DNA of 64,000 bases from an uncultured Gammaproteobacteria bacterium (GCA_964405655.1 CAYOOO010000005.1:6335-70334), one strand, 5' to 3'. Shown: positions 18,070 through 30,506, numbered from the stretch's first letter. The notes: a model not told the origin generated them from the sequence alone. Numbers and translations: made by a program.

Positions 18070-19254
18070 CTATATTTGGGAGAGGCAGCCTGTTCTGAAG
18101 GGCTCTTCTAAAGAGGAACATAACTCAAGCTTTCTGACATTGCTTGAAGGCTCTGAAGTAATTTGCCCGATAATATTTTGGTAACAGCTTTGTTTGCCCT
18201 CAGCAGAGATCTTTTTGCAGATCTCTATGGCAGTCGTAGAGTCTCCCACTGAATAATAAGAACCTGCATTAACTGAAATACAACTATTTAGCCAATCACT
18301 ACCCATTTGCTGACAAAGGCTAAAGACCTTTGATATATCACCCTCAGTTAACGGATGAATTTGTCTTGCCAGGTTATCCATACACCAGTCAGTATATTGC
18401 TTATTACCAGTATTTAAACAAGCCTCCGCTGTCTTAGGGATACCTCCCAAATACATCTGATAAATCCTTGCAGCTTGATTTAACCAACAGCCCTTTTGGT
18501 ATTTTTCCCCAAAATAATTACATGGAAAATAAGGATCATCAGATAACCAATCTCTTTTTGGAGTTTTATCTTTTCCCCAATCATGAACTCCGAAGAGATT
18601 CTCCATAAACGCACCATTATGACAAGAAGAGAGTGCCTCTGGAAACTGGCTTTCTTTTTCAAAGACTTCGTCACAGGTATTTAAGGCCTTGGGAAGATCA
18701 TAATTCCAAATTGCCAAAATTGCATGGCCAGCAGCATGGGCACATTGAAAATATCTTAAGGGAGACTCTTTGCATTTATCTGCCATCCCAGCAACTACCT
18801 CAAATCCTTGATCGCTAGCAGCCTCAATAATTGCTCCGTGATAACAGGCATATAAAAAGTAGTCTTTGCACTTTAGAATTGAATCCAGTTTATATTTTTG
18901 ATAGGCATAAAAACCAATTTGATGGACAGCTAGGTGTCCTTCACCAGTATGAGGAAGGCTAGAGTGTTCTAAAATTTCTAGGGCTTGTTCCACATCTACT
19001 CTTTCGACTAATTTCCTTGTTGCTTTAAGCCGAATTTCTTGATTGTCTGACAAGATTTCTGTCAGTTCAGGAACATTTTCTGGCGTATATAATATCTTAC
19101 CTGCGGCTTGAGAGGTTGGTGTTAAGTTAATAACTGACTTAAATTTCATCAGTTCCTTTTTATCTAATTTAGGATAAGGTAATAGAGCAATAAGTAAAAG
19201 AACTAAAACTATTAGGCTTAAAAAGAAAATTAACTTGGTATTCCTAAAATACAT
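18070..19254 (-). CDS. Membrane-anchored His/Cys helical protein (third paralog)
   Basis: HLAVHQIG, CYHG, CAHAAGH, CHNGAFMEN. Confidence 0.8.
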   Translation of the reverse strand: MYFRNTKLIFFLSLIVLVLLLIALLPYPKLDKKELMKFKSVINLTPTSQAAGKILYTPENVPELTEILSDNQEIRLKATRKLVERVDVEQALEILEHSSLPHTGEGHLAVHQIGFYAYQKYKLDSILKCKDYFLYACYHGAIIEAASDQGFEVVAGMADKCKESPLRYFQCAHAAGHAILAIWNYDLPKALNTCDEVFEKESQFPEALSSCHNGAFMENLFGVHDWGKDKTPKRDWLSDDPYFPCNYFGEKYQKGCWLNQAARIYQMYLGGIPKTAEACLNTGNKQYTDWCMDNLARQIHPLTEGDISKVFSLCQQMGSDWLNSCISVNAGSYYSVGDSTTAIEICKKISAEGKQSCYQNIIGQITSEPSSNVRKLELCSSLEEPFRTGCLSQI

Positions 19255-19268
19255 TCAAGGTTCTAAAA

Positions 19269-19679
19269 TCATCTTATTCGGTGTCTTCTTTTGACTCGCA
19301 GCCTGGCTAGAGATTTTTCCAAAATAGCCAAAGTTTCAGCATACTCCTCACCTGAAAGTTTTTGTTCTAAAGCTGCCTCAGCCCGTTTTTTGGCTTCCTC
19401 AGCAGCTCTTTCATCTATCTCCTCAGCTTTTTCTGCCAGATCAGCCATCACTGTTAAGATATTATTACTCACTTGCAAAAAGCCTTCACCCACTGCCAAA
19501 ACATCAACTTTTCCCCCCTTTTTAATTCGTAGCTCACCAGGCACTACTTTAGCCAATAAATTAGCGTGATGAGGCAGGATACCAATCTCTCCTTGTTCAG
19601 TTGAGATATTAACTTGATCAACTGTCTCATCAAAAATTTCTTTCTCAGGTGTCACTAACTTCAGATGCAAATCCGCCAT
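19269..19679 (-). CDS. atpC: ATP synthase epsilon subunit
   Basis: LKLVTPE, GEIGILPHHA, AEEAKKRAE; start moved to MADL. Confidence 0.95.
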   Translation of the reverse strand: MADLHLKLVTPEKEIFDETVDQVNISTEQGEIGILPHHANLLAKVVPGELRIKKGGKVDVLAVGEGFLQVSNNILTVMADLAEKAEEIDERAAEEAKKRAEAALEQKLSGEEYAETLAILEKSLARLRVKRRHRIR

Positions 19680-19728
19680 AGCGGTATTATCGCAAATTTG
19701 CATATAATTAGTAAGAGTTTAAAATCTT

Positions 19729-21234
19729 ATGAGTGGGGATCGATCGAATGAGTTACCAAGAGTCAGCCGAAGAGAATTGGTAAGTCCAACTAGAAGGACT
19801 AATACTCTAGCAACTCGACCAAATATTCTAACTCCATCTCCAGACAGAGTAAGACAAAGACAGGCAAGAAGAGAAAAGATTAAACAAGAACAAAGACGGG
19901 CTCTGCTGGGAATTGCAGGGGCAGCAACTCTAGCTGCAACATTTGCAGGAGCAAAACCTGCAATGGAGGCAGCCCAAAATATCGGAAGGGCAATAACTGG
20001 GGCAAAACCCATGGATCAGCAACCTGTTCAAGCTATCTTACATCCAGTTGATCCCACTGGTGAAAGGACAGCTCCAGCAACTGGAGTTCAAGCTGCAGAA
20101 AGACCCAGACTGCAATCACTTTTAGACAATATCCTAACTACCCCCTTAAATACCCCCCAAAGATTTGATGCAGAAAAAGCTTATGCAGATTCTGCCCAAA
20201 GCTTAAGTGAGATTAACCAAGGATTATGGACAATAACTGATTGGAACTTAAGAATTGGGCTCTTAGACAAAAGATATGCCTTAAGAGATGAGAATAACCC
20301 AAATCATCAACCTCTAACAAAAGAGCAAGCTGATTGGGCAGATAAAGAGTATATCCATCCTGAAACTTTAGCAATTACTATTCAAGCCAGAGAACTGGCT
20401 CAAAAAATTTTAGCTGAATATATTTCTAAAAGAGTTGGCGGATGGTCCAGTTTTAGGCCAGATTTGGCAGCTAAAGTTAAATCTGGTGAGCTTCCACCAG
20501 ATTTTTTTAATAAACTAAGCCCCGGAGATGTCCTAATTAATCCCGGCGGAATGGCTAGGATGGTGGTTTGGGAAACAGGCCAGGGACTACCTAAAGACAA
20601 ACCTCAGGGGGCAGTCTCCTCAATCTTGAGCAGAATCAAGAATAAAATTTCTCCGGAGAGATTTCTGATGTACGGCTTTGTGAACATTGGTTTTACCCCG
20701 GCAAGGTCTCAAATTGATGCAAATACTTTCCTGACTAAAAGATATGACAACAAGGATGCTCTATCATATTTGGCTGGTGAGCTTTCAAAAGAGACAGGTT
20801 TGAATTTCACAGAAAATAATTTACCAGGTTCCTCAAAGGTAGAAATTAAACCGGGCGATAATGACAATGCAATTGCTGAAAAACAACTTAGAAGTACTGT
20901 CTCAGGGGGAGCAGTTGGGCTACAGATGATGCCTGAGGTTATAGCAAATTATCAGTCTAACCCAATAATCCATGAAGCATTTAAAAGAAACGGCCTAACT
21001 ATTAATCCTTACGACCCAGTCTCAGCTACAACTCTAGGCTATCTATTCTTAGCCCAATCTGTTGCTACATCAGGAGGGAATTTCCAGTATGGCTTCCTAA
21101 ATAATACTCATCCTGATCTGAAAGGAAAAGAGACAATGGTTAAAGCTTTTAAGAAAGACTCACTTTTAACCTGGAATAGATTTGATAATCAAGTCAGAGA
21201 AGTCCTGGATTCAGAAGAAAGTTTTAGAATATGA
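19729..21234 (+). CDS. Hypothetical membrane-anchored/exported protein
   Basis: Arg-rich N-terminus then RRALLGIAGAATLA hydrophobic segment; 501-aa ORF. Confidence 0.65.
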   Translation: MSGDRSNELPRVSRRELVSPTRRTNTLATRPNILTPSPDRVRQRQARREKIKQEQRRALLGIAGAATLAATFAGAKPAMEAAQNIGRAITGAKPMDQQPVQAILHPVDPTGERTAPATGVQAAERPRLQSLLDNILTTPLNTPQRFDAEKAYADSAQSLSEINQGLWTITDWNLRIGLLDKRYALRDENNPNHQPLTKEQADWADKEYIHPETLAITIQARELAQKILAEYISKRVGGWSSFRPDLAAKVKSGELPPDFFNKLSPGDVLINPGGMARMVVWETGQGLPKDKPQGAVSSILSRIKNKISPERFLMYGFVNIGFTPARSQIDANTFLTKRYDNKDALSYLAGELSKETGLNFTENNLPGSSKVEIKPGDNDNAIAEKQLRSTVSGGAVGLQMMPEVIANYQSNPIIHEAFKRNGLTINPYDPVSATTLGYLFLAQSVATSGGNFQYGFLNNTHPDLKGKETMVKAFKKDSLLTWNRFDNQVREVLDSEESFRI

Positions 21235-21596
21235 ATACCCATAGTTGTGAAACACTAATTGCAACCTGTATAGACTTCAGGTTTCAGGAATATATTAATG
21301 ATTGGATAAAGGAAAATTTTAGTCCCAAAACTTATGATAGGGTGGCCTTTGCCGGGGGAGTAAAAGAATTTGAAACTATCTTTGGACAAATTGAAACTTC
21401 AAAAAGGCTCCATGATATTAAAAAAGTAGTTTTAATAAATCATGAGGATTGCGGGGCATATGGAGAGTCTGGTACTAAAAAGAAGCATATCCAAGATCTA
21501 AAACAGGCATCTTCCCGAATTAAAAAGCAGTACTCAGATTTAGAAGTAGCAACTTATTATCTTAAACTAAGCGGCACTTTTGAAAAAATTCAATGA
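21231..21596 (+). CDS. Small beta-class carbonic anhydrase-like protein
   Basis: CIDFR and HEDCGAY zinc motifs. Confidence 0.8.
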   Translation: MNTHSCETLIATCIDFRFQEYINDWIKENFSPKTYDRVAFAGGVKEFETIFGQIETSKRLHDIKKVVLINHEDCGAYGESGTKKKHIQDLKQASSRIKKQYSDLEVATYYLKLSGTFEKIQ

Positions 21597-21973
21597 AAAC
21601 TATTAAGCAAAGTTATTTAATAAATGCTCAAGTTAGTAAAGTCTGGCAGGCTTTGGTGAATCCAAAAATTATTGATGAGTGGGGTGGGGGACCGGCAAAA
21701 ATGAGCGAGAGAGAAGGCAGCAGTTTCTCTCTTTGGGGAGGAGATATTCATGGCAGTAATCTTAAAGTGATAAAAAACAAACAACTTGTCCAGGATTGGT
21801 ATTCAGGTGACTGGGAGAATTCTTCCAAAGTTACTTTTACGTTAAAATCAGATGGTCAAAAAACAGAAGTAGATTTACTCCATGAAGAAGTGCCAGATGA
21901 TGAAGCAGATGAAATAGAAGATGGCTGGCAAAGATTTTATTTAGGACCGCTCAAAGATTACTTAGAAAAATAA
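21593..21973 (+). CDS. SRPBCC / AHSA1 family protein
   Basis: KVWQAL, GSSFSLWGG, LVQDW, GWQRFY. Confidence 0.85.
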   Translation: MKTIKQSYLINAQVSKVWQALVNPKIIDEWGGGPAKMSEREGSSFSLWGGDIHGSNLKVIKNKQLVQDWYSGDWENSSKVTFTLKSDGQKTEVDLLHEEVPDDEADEIEDGWQRFYLGPLKDYLEK

Positions 21974-22185
21974 CTTCTCTCTTCCTTGATTTTTAGAATA
22001 TTTTGACGCACAATGCTAACCATGTCTTTAGTGGATCATCAACAGCAAAGAAGAGTTTGGGAAGAGGTCATATAAGAAGACTAATGATTGTTTGCATCAC
22101 ATAGTAATTTTTCAAAAAAAGTAACTCTTTAGATCCCATAGTTTGATTTTAAATAAGGTTGTGACTATAATCTGAAAGATTAATT

Positions 22186-22836
22186 ATGGCTAAAGCTGAA
22201 GATATTGTAGCTCATACTGAAGGGTACTTCTCTCAAATCAGGACGAAGACCAAGCCTCAAACAGTGACAATTGCTGGGGTGGAGATTGTGGTTAACCCAG
22301 GGGTTTTTATGCCTGCAACTGATAGCAGATTGCTGGCAGATAACATTAGAGTAGGATTAGGTACTTCTTTCTTGGACATCTCAACTGGATGTGGTCTGCA
22401 TGCTGTTGTAGCAGGCCTCAGAGGAGGGTTTGGAATAGCTACAGATATTAATCCAGAGGCAGTTAGAAACGCACAAGAGAATTTCTGTAGATATAAGTTA
22501 AGAGTAATGGCCTTAGAGTCAGATATGTTTGACTCTATCCCAGCTTGGAACTTTGAGTTAATCATGGCTAATGGACCATTTCATGAAGGAGAAATAAAAG
22601 ACCGTCTAGATTATGCCCGTTTTGGAGCAGCCAGGTTTCATCAAGGGTTACTTGAAGGCGCCAGAACTCATTTAAGAAGGAATGGTAGGCTACTTATAGC
22701 TTTTGCCCAGTGGGCAGATACAGCTTGTCTTATGCATCAGATAGAAAATAATGGATTCCAAGCCCAAGTTATAGACAGACGCTCATCAGAAGATGGCCAA
22801 AGAACATATGATCTTTATGAGGTAAGATTTGCTTAA
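22186..22836 (+). CDS. SAM-dependent methyltransferase, HemK/MTS-like
   Basis: VNPGVFMP, LDISTGCG, DINPEAV, MANGPF. Confidence 0.8.
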   Translation: MAKAEDIVAHTEGYFSQIRTKTKPQTVTIAGVEIVVNPGVFMPATDSRLLADNIRVGLGTSFLDISTGCGLHAVVAGLRGGFGIATDINPEAVRNAQENFCRYKLRVMALESDMFDSIPAWNFELIMANGPFHEGEIKDRLDYARFGAARFHQGLLEGARTHLRRNGRLLIAFAQWADTACLMHQIENNGFQAQVIDRRSSEDGQRTYDLYEVRFA

Positions 22837-22841
22837 AATAT

Positions 22842-23324
22842 ATGTCACTAGAATCACAAACAAATAGAAACTATCCTGGATATGTTCAACTAATTCGGGA
22901 TTTGTTTATTACCCGAAAAGGGCTAATCTCAAACTTAACGCCTACTGAGTTGTTAGCTCCTGATAAAAAAGAGGCTTATTTACAACACGTTATAAAAAGT
23001 CCCCAAGAGCTAGGTATGTTGGCAGATGCTTTAGATGAGGCATTTAGAGAATCCAAACAAGCACAGCTCTTGTCTGATCGGGAAGAAGCAGTCCTAAGAA
23101 TGCGCTACAGTCTAGACGATCCTGCCCTAGAAGGCAGAACTTTAAGCGAAGTTGCTGCTCAGACCCCCAGATTAACCACTACCACCAAAAGATCAATAGG
23201 CCAACAAGGTTTATCAGTGGAAAGAACCAGGACTATTATTGAGGAAGCACTGGCTAAAATTAGACATTACAGCAGACAAAAACCAATCTTTGGGTTTACA
23301 GCCAACACTGATTTTTACTTATGA
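22842..23324 (+). CDS. Stand-alone sigma-70 region 4 HTH protein
   Basis: LSDREEAVLRMRYSL..RTLSEVA..LSVERTR...ALAKIRH. Confidence 0.75.
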   Translation: MSLESQTNRNYPGYVQLIRDLFITRKGLISNLTPTELLAPDKKEAYLQHVIKSPQELGMLADALDEAFRESKQAQLLSDREEAVLRMRYSLDDPALEGRTLSEVAAQTPRLTTTTKRSIGQQGLSVERTRTIIEEALAKIRHYSRQKPIFGFTANTDFYL

Positions 23325-24352
23325 GTTTAACCAGAGAAACAGAGGTTTACTTAAACCATACTCAAAGATTCTTATCCGAAAGAAAGGGAATACCCAGAGC
23401 GATAAGAAGATCCAGACAACGACCGGAAGTTTTAAACCAGGCATTGGAGGATTTAGAACTAGCTGTGCTTCACCTCAATGGCTTTATCAACTCATCCGAT
23501 AAACCCTTAGGTCTAAGACAAGCATTGTTACCGTTTTCTACAATAATCAAAACTGAGCTTGAAGAAGGAACAAGCTTCTACTTTCTCAGAGAGGGGAAAA
23601 ACTTACCATCTCCAAAAAATGAAGCCGGCAGAAAAACTCCTCAAGCTATCGAAGAGGCTAGAGCGATTTTCAAGCAAGCGGATAAGTTTATGTATTGGGG
23701 AGATTTAAATGTCAGTGGAGGCTGGAAATTTCACAGACAGCTTAAAGATCTGTCCCAGCTTGTTAATTCTTTTGCTATTGAAATGTATGGACTTTTGGCA
23801 GCATATAGATCTTTGCCTCTTTGGAATAAAAGCAGCACAGTAGTTTTAGCATTAGAGGAGATGCTAGCTGTCCATGGAACCAATACTAAAATGTATCAGG
23901 CAATCAAAGGCTGGTACAGTTTGGATGAAGGTTTTTCACCAATTCTAGTCGGGATGATTGAAGGTAGGGTAGATGTTCCTTTTAGGTTTGGTCAGGCAAT
24001 CAGAGTCACTCCTAGCTTTGTAGTATTTGACGGATATAAACCTGGTCTTGAGGGAAAAGCAGAAGGGCAAAGGTGGTATATCTCTCCAAGAACTGATGCA
24101 GCAGAACAGATGCTAATTGAGGCTGCTAAACTACATAGAATTGGTCAAGGTTTAACTCAACCTCATCAAGTTTTGGCTCCAATCAGTCAAACCAGAACTT
24201 TACTCAGAACAGATAGGACTTCAGATAATTTAAGAGTTTTAATTGGTGGTGCAGTGGATAAACCTAAAGAATGGGAAGATGCTGCTCCAACCCCAGATAG
24301 AATGGAACAGTGCTTAAGCTTACACCCAGATTTCTACAGCTTTTATGATTAA
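23321..24352 (+). CDS. Hypothetical protein
   Basis: 343-aa ORF with ATGA coupling to the upstream gene. Confidence 0.6.
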   Translation: MSLTRETEVYLNHTQRFLSERKGIPRAIRRSRQRPEVLNQALEDLELAVLHLNGFINSSDKPLGLRQALLPFSTIIKTELEEGTSFYFLREGKNLPSPKNEAGRKTPQAIEEARAIFKQADKFMYWGDLNVSGGWKFHRQLKDLSQLVNSFAIEMYGLLAAYRSLPLWNKSSTVVLALEEMLAVHGTNTKMYQAIKGWYSLDEGFSPILVGMIEGRVDVPFRFGQAIRVTPSFVVFDGYKPGLEGKAEGQRWYISPRTDAAEQMLIEAAKLHRIGQGLTQPHQVLAPISQTRTLLRTDRTSDNLRVLIGGAVDKPKEWEDAAPTPDRMEQCLSLHPDFYSFYD

Positions 24353-24509
24353 TATCAAAAATCAGCCAAATTTATTCAAGTTATAGGCAAAAGAGAGACA
24401 TATCACCAAATTGCCTATATTAAAAAACTAAGCTGCTTTTGATTTTTAGTCTTTAGAGTAGCAAACTAGCTTTGGTGTCAACGAATCAGCATTAATTACA
24501 AAATTTATT

Positions 24510-24785
24510 ATGTCCAACGGGAGAGAACCTGTAGAAAAACGTGGAAGTTCAAATCATTACATAGAATTAGCCAGGTTTATGTGGGCACTCTTGGCGGGAA
24601 AAAATGAAGATAAAATGTTAGTCTTGGCAGCTCGAGCATCTGTTGTAGGTGGTGTTTCGACCGGAGCAGCAATAGTAGGATTTGCCACAGGTAGACTTGA
24701 GATTGCTGCTCTGGGCGGAAGTCTGACATATCTCAGCGGTTATATTGGACTCAGGGCTGTAAATGCTTCTAAGAACCAGGGTTAG
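24510..24785 (+). CDS. Hypothetical small membrane protein
   Basis: Two Gly/Ala-rich hydrophobic segments. Confidence 0.5.
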   Translation: MSNGREPVEKRGSSNHYIELARFMWALLAGKNEDKMLVLAARASVVGGVSTGAAIVGFATGRLEIAALGGSLTYLSGYIGLRAVNASKNQG

Positions 24786-24787
24786 GT

Positions 24788-27008
<2,221 letters not shown>

Positions 27009-27011
27009 AAT

Positions 27012-28517
27012 TTAATTTTTGCTTGTTTTCTGAAAGACCTTAACAAACTCTTTAGTAACCTTTTCTAATTCTTTGGTTAATTTCTCATCTAACTCTTTCT
27101 TCTCTGCTATCTTAGTCAAAAGCTTTTTAGTTCTTAATCTTAAATATTTGACATATTCTTCTTCTGCCTCTTTGACTTTATCAACTGATATTTCATCAAA
27201 ATGGCCATTAGTTACAGCCCAAAGGGAAGCTACTTGCTCCTCAACTGAAACAGGGGAGAAAGGAGGTTGTTTTAGAACCTCAGTAATTCTTCTGCCTCTT
27301 TCAATTTGCATCTTGGTATTTGGATCTAAATCAGAGGAGAATTGAGCAAACGCAGCCAGTTCTCTAAATTGGGCTAAGTCCAGCTTAAGCCTACCTGCTA
27401 CGCCTTTCATAGCTTTAGTCTGGGCTGCACCACCAACCCTTGAGACTGATAAACCCACATTTAAAGCCGGCCTGATTCCTGCAAAAAATAAGTCTGTCTC
27501 CAAATAAATCTGTCCATCAGTAATAGAGATAACATTTGTTGGAATATAGGCTGAGACATCTCCGGCTTGAGTCTCTATAATAGGTAGGGCTGTTAAAGAA
27601 CCTCCACCAAAATCCTCATTTAACCTAGCTGCCCGCTCTAAAAGCCTGGAGTGAAGATAAAAGACATCGCCTGGATAAGCTTCTCTTCCAGAAGGCCTTC
27701 TTAAAAGCAGGGACATCTGTCTGTAAGAGTTAGCATGTTTTGACAGATCATCATAAACGACCAAGGCATCCCTGCCTTGATCCATGAAATATTCTCCAAT
27801 TGCACAACCAGAGTAGGGAGCCAGGTATTGCATAGGAGCGGGATCAGAAGCTGTTGCTGATAGCACAATGGTGTGATCCATGGCACCAAACTCCTCTAGT
27901 CTAGCTACAATTTGAGCAACTTTAGAGGTCTTTTGACCAATTGCCACATAAATACAAATAACGTCTTTCTGATTAATGATTGTATCTACGGCAATGGTGG
28001 TCTTGCCTGTATTTCGATCGCCAATAATTAGCTCCCTTTGACCCCGACCAATCGGGATCAGGGCATCAATTGCCTTAATACCTGTTTGCAAAGGAGTGTT
28101 AACTGACTGTCTGGTAATAACTCCTGGAGCAATCTTTTCAACTGGGTAGGCCTTATCTGTTTTAATTGGACCCTTACCATCAATCGGTTGACCTAAGGCA
28201 TTAACAACCCGACCAATCATTGAGTCGCCAACTGGTACTTCCAAAACCTTACCAGTTGTTTTAACAGTATCACCTTCCTTAACCTTGGTAAAATCTCCCA
28301 AGATAACGCTCCCAACATTGTATTGCTCTAAATTCAAAGCTAAACCAAAAATCTCTTTACCAAAGTCCAAAAGCTCAGAAGATTGAACATCTGATAAACC
28401 ATCTATCCTGGCTATTCCATCTCCAGCCTCAGTTACAGTGCCGATATTTTCTTTGGTCGCCTTAAGCTTAAAACCCTTTATCTGTCTTTCAATCTGCGAA
28501 ACTAAATCACTAACCAT
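27012..28517 (-). CDS. atpA: ATP synthase alpha subunit
   Basis: [27 protein letters not shown]. Confidence 0.98.
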   Translation of the reverse strand: MVSDLVSQIERQIKGFKLKATKENIGTVTEAGDGIARIDGLSDVQSSELLDFGKEIFGLALNLEQYNVGSVILGDFTKVKEGDTVKTTGKVLEVPVGDSMIGRVVNALGQPIDGKGPIKTDKAYPVEKIAPGVITRQSVNTPLQTGIKAIDALIPIGRGQRELIIGDRNTGKTTIAVDTIINQKDVICIYVAIGQKTSKVAQIVARLEEFGAMDHTIVLSATASDPAPMQYLAPYSGCAIGEYFMDQGRDALVVYDDLSKHANSYRQMSLLLRRPSGREAYPGDVFYLHSRLLERAARLNEDFGGGSLTALPIIETQAGDVSAYIPTNVISITDGQIYLETDLFFAGIRPALNVGLSVSRVGGAAQTKAMKGVAGRLKLDLAQFRELAAFAQFSSDLDPNTKMQIERGRRITEVLKQPPFSPVSVEEQVASLWAVTNGHFDEISVDKVKEAEEEYVKYLRLRTKKLLTKIAEKKELDEKLTKELEKVTKEFVKVFQKTSKN

Positions 28518-28905
28518 GAATTATTCCTCCAATTTGTAAAATTTTGTCTTGTAAGGAGTTATCAATCAATAAATCACCAACTCTTATTCTCAAACCAGCA
28601 ATAAGATTAGGATTTACTACCACTTTAGTTTGATTAACAGGAAAATCTTTTTTAACCTGCCTTTCAATCTTTGCTAGCTCGCTTTTTGATAAATCAACTG
28701 CTGCCTCTATCACCAAAGTAGTTTTATCAAGCTCTCTTTTTATTCCTTTACTGTACTCAGTTAAGGCAAAAATAGCCTCAGAAGTGGGAAGTTTTTCTAG
28801 ATCTTTGATAATTTTTTGGGCTTTATTCTCAGACAGTTTGCCCGCACTAAAACTTGCCTGGACCAACTTTTCAACTAACTTTTTTAACAGCTTATTTTTT
28901 TTCAT
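28510..28905 (-). CDS. atpH: ATP synthase delta subunit, shortened
   Basis: C-terminal [20 protein letters not shown]; position in operon. Confidence 0.85.
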   Translation of the reverse strand: MKKNKLLKKLVEKLVQASFSAGKLSENKAQKIIKDLEKLPTSEAIFALTEYSKGIKRELDKTTLVIEAAVDLSKSELAKIERQVKKDFPVNQTKVVVNPNLIAGLRIRVGDLLIDNSLQDKILQIGGIIHG

Positions 28906-28907
28906 TT

Positions 28908-29402
28908 TTAAAGTCTTTTGACACTATCCTCAACCATCTTCTTTTGCTCAGGTCTTGTTAAGATCTTGCCAGTAACTTTCTCTAAAGCACTGACCACAAT
29001 TTCTGCCAGTTCTTCTCTTAACTCCTGATGCATTTTTTCCCGCTCAAGTTTAATAGAGTCTTGACCTTTTTTAAGCATCTCGTCAATATCTTTCTGAGTT
29101 TTAGTATGGGCCTGCTGAATAATTAGATCAGCAGATTTTGTTGCCTCTGCGACAATTTTTCTTGCCTCTAACGAAACTTTTTCTAAAGCTTTATCCCGAT
29201 CTTCCCCGGTTTGTTTAAGCTGCCTTTCTATTTCCTCAGCATCTTTAAGACTTTGGGCAATCCGTTCTTTCCTCTCCTCCAAAACTTTAAGCAGAGGTTT
29301 ATATAGCAGTCTTTTTAATATCCAAAGCAACACTAAAAAATTAACTACTTGCGCAGCCAAAAGCAACGGTTTAATTCCAAAATCTTTAAGTATTTGTTCC
29401 AT
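28908..29402 (-). CDS. atpF: ATP synthase subunit b
   Basis: QVVNFLVLLWIL..YKP..ERKERI. Confidence 0.95.
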   Translation of the reverse strand: MEQILKDFGIKPLLLAAQVVNFLVLLWILKRLLYKPLLKVLEERKERIAQSLKDAEEIERQLKQTGEDRDKALEKVSLEARKIVAEATKSADLIIQQAHTKTQKDIDEMLKKGQDSIKLEREKMHQELREELAEIVVSALEKVTGKILTRPEQKKMVEDSVKRL

Positions 29403-29419
29403 TATAATAGCAGTTAGTA

Positions 29420-29510
29420 GTGGGTGACGACGAGCGGGGCGCCCCTGAATGGGGCCCCAGGCTTGTTAGCCTAGTGGTAAATTCCCCTGTCTCGAGTCGG
29501 CAGGACCCAC
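29420..29510. repeat. GC-rich multi-hairpin element between atpE and atpF
   Basis: GTGGGT/ACCCAC outer stem enclosing GGGGCGCCC/GGGGCCCC, AGGCT/AGCCT and CCTGTC/GGCAGG stems. Confidence 0.6.
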
Positions 29511-29522
29511 AGCACAAAAAAA

Positions 29523-29753
<231 letters not shown>

Positions 29754-30506
29754 TCAATGAGAGGTTTCATGTTTCTCAGTAAGTAGCACCATAAAAACAA
29801 GCGTCAGCATCATAAATACTGCCGCTTGGACAAACCCGACTATAATCTCCAGAAAATAAAATGGCAAAGGTACTAAAAAGGCAGTCCACTTTGCTAAAGA
29901 TGCGACAGTGGATAAAACCACTTCGCCCGCAAATATATTACCAAAAAGTCGGAAAGAAAGCGATACTACTTTTGTTGCCTCACCAACAAGCTCTAAAAGA
30001 CCAACAAATAAAAAAATTGGGCTTAGAGAAACCCACCTCTTTAGATAATCTTTCAATCCTAAATACTTAACAGCAAAAAAATGAGTAACAACTGCTGAAA
30101 CCAAAGCGAGGGATAAGGTCATGTTTAAATCAGAGTTGATTGAACGAAGTAAGGGAACAAAAATCTCTTTACCATCATGGCGCTCAAAAAAACCAATTGT
30201 GGCAAACCCCGGTAGTAAACCCAACCAATTAGCAGTAATGATAAAAAGAAAGAAGGTCATCACAAAGGGGAAGAAAACTTTGGCTTTTGAATGAGATAGA
30301 TCTTCTACCATGCTGTAGCCGCCTTCAACGATCATTTCAAAAAAATTTTGTAAGCCTCCTGGTACCAGCTGAACTTTGCGGGTAGCTAAATAACTAACAA
30401 CAATCAAAACAACCATCACCAGCCAGCTAACAAGCAAAGTATTAGTAATAGGAAAGTTATTAATAAACCCGATTACCTCGGGTGCCAAGACTATCTCATG
30501 TTCCAT
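29754..30506 (-). CDS. atpB: ATP synthase subunit a
   Basis: NWLGLLPG, SLSFRLFGNIFAGE, QAAVF. Confidence 0.97.
   Translation of the reverse strand: MEHEIVLAPEVIGFINNFPITNTLLVSWLVMVVLIVVSYLATRKVQLVPGGLQNFFEMIVEGGYSMVEDLSHSKAKVFFPFVMTFFLFIITANWLGLLPGFATIGFFERHDGKEIFVPLLRSINSDLNMTLSLALVSAVVTHFFAVKYLGLKDYLKRWVSLSPIFLFVGLLELVGEATKVVSLSFRLFGNIFAGEVVLSTVASLAKWTAFLVPLPFYFLEIIVGFVQAAVFMMLTLVFMVLLTEKHETSH

Noticed and set aside
12795-19254. Multiheme cytochromes c
   Set aside because: No CxxCH motifs; the His and Cys spacing differs
19729-24785. Prophage or integrative element
   Set aside because: No integrase, att repeats or phage structural genes visible
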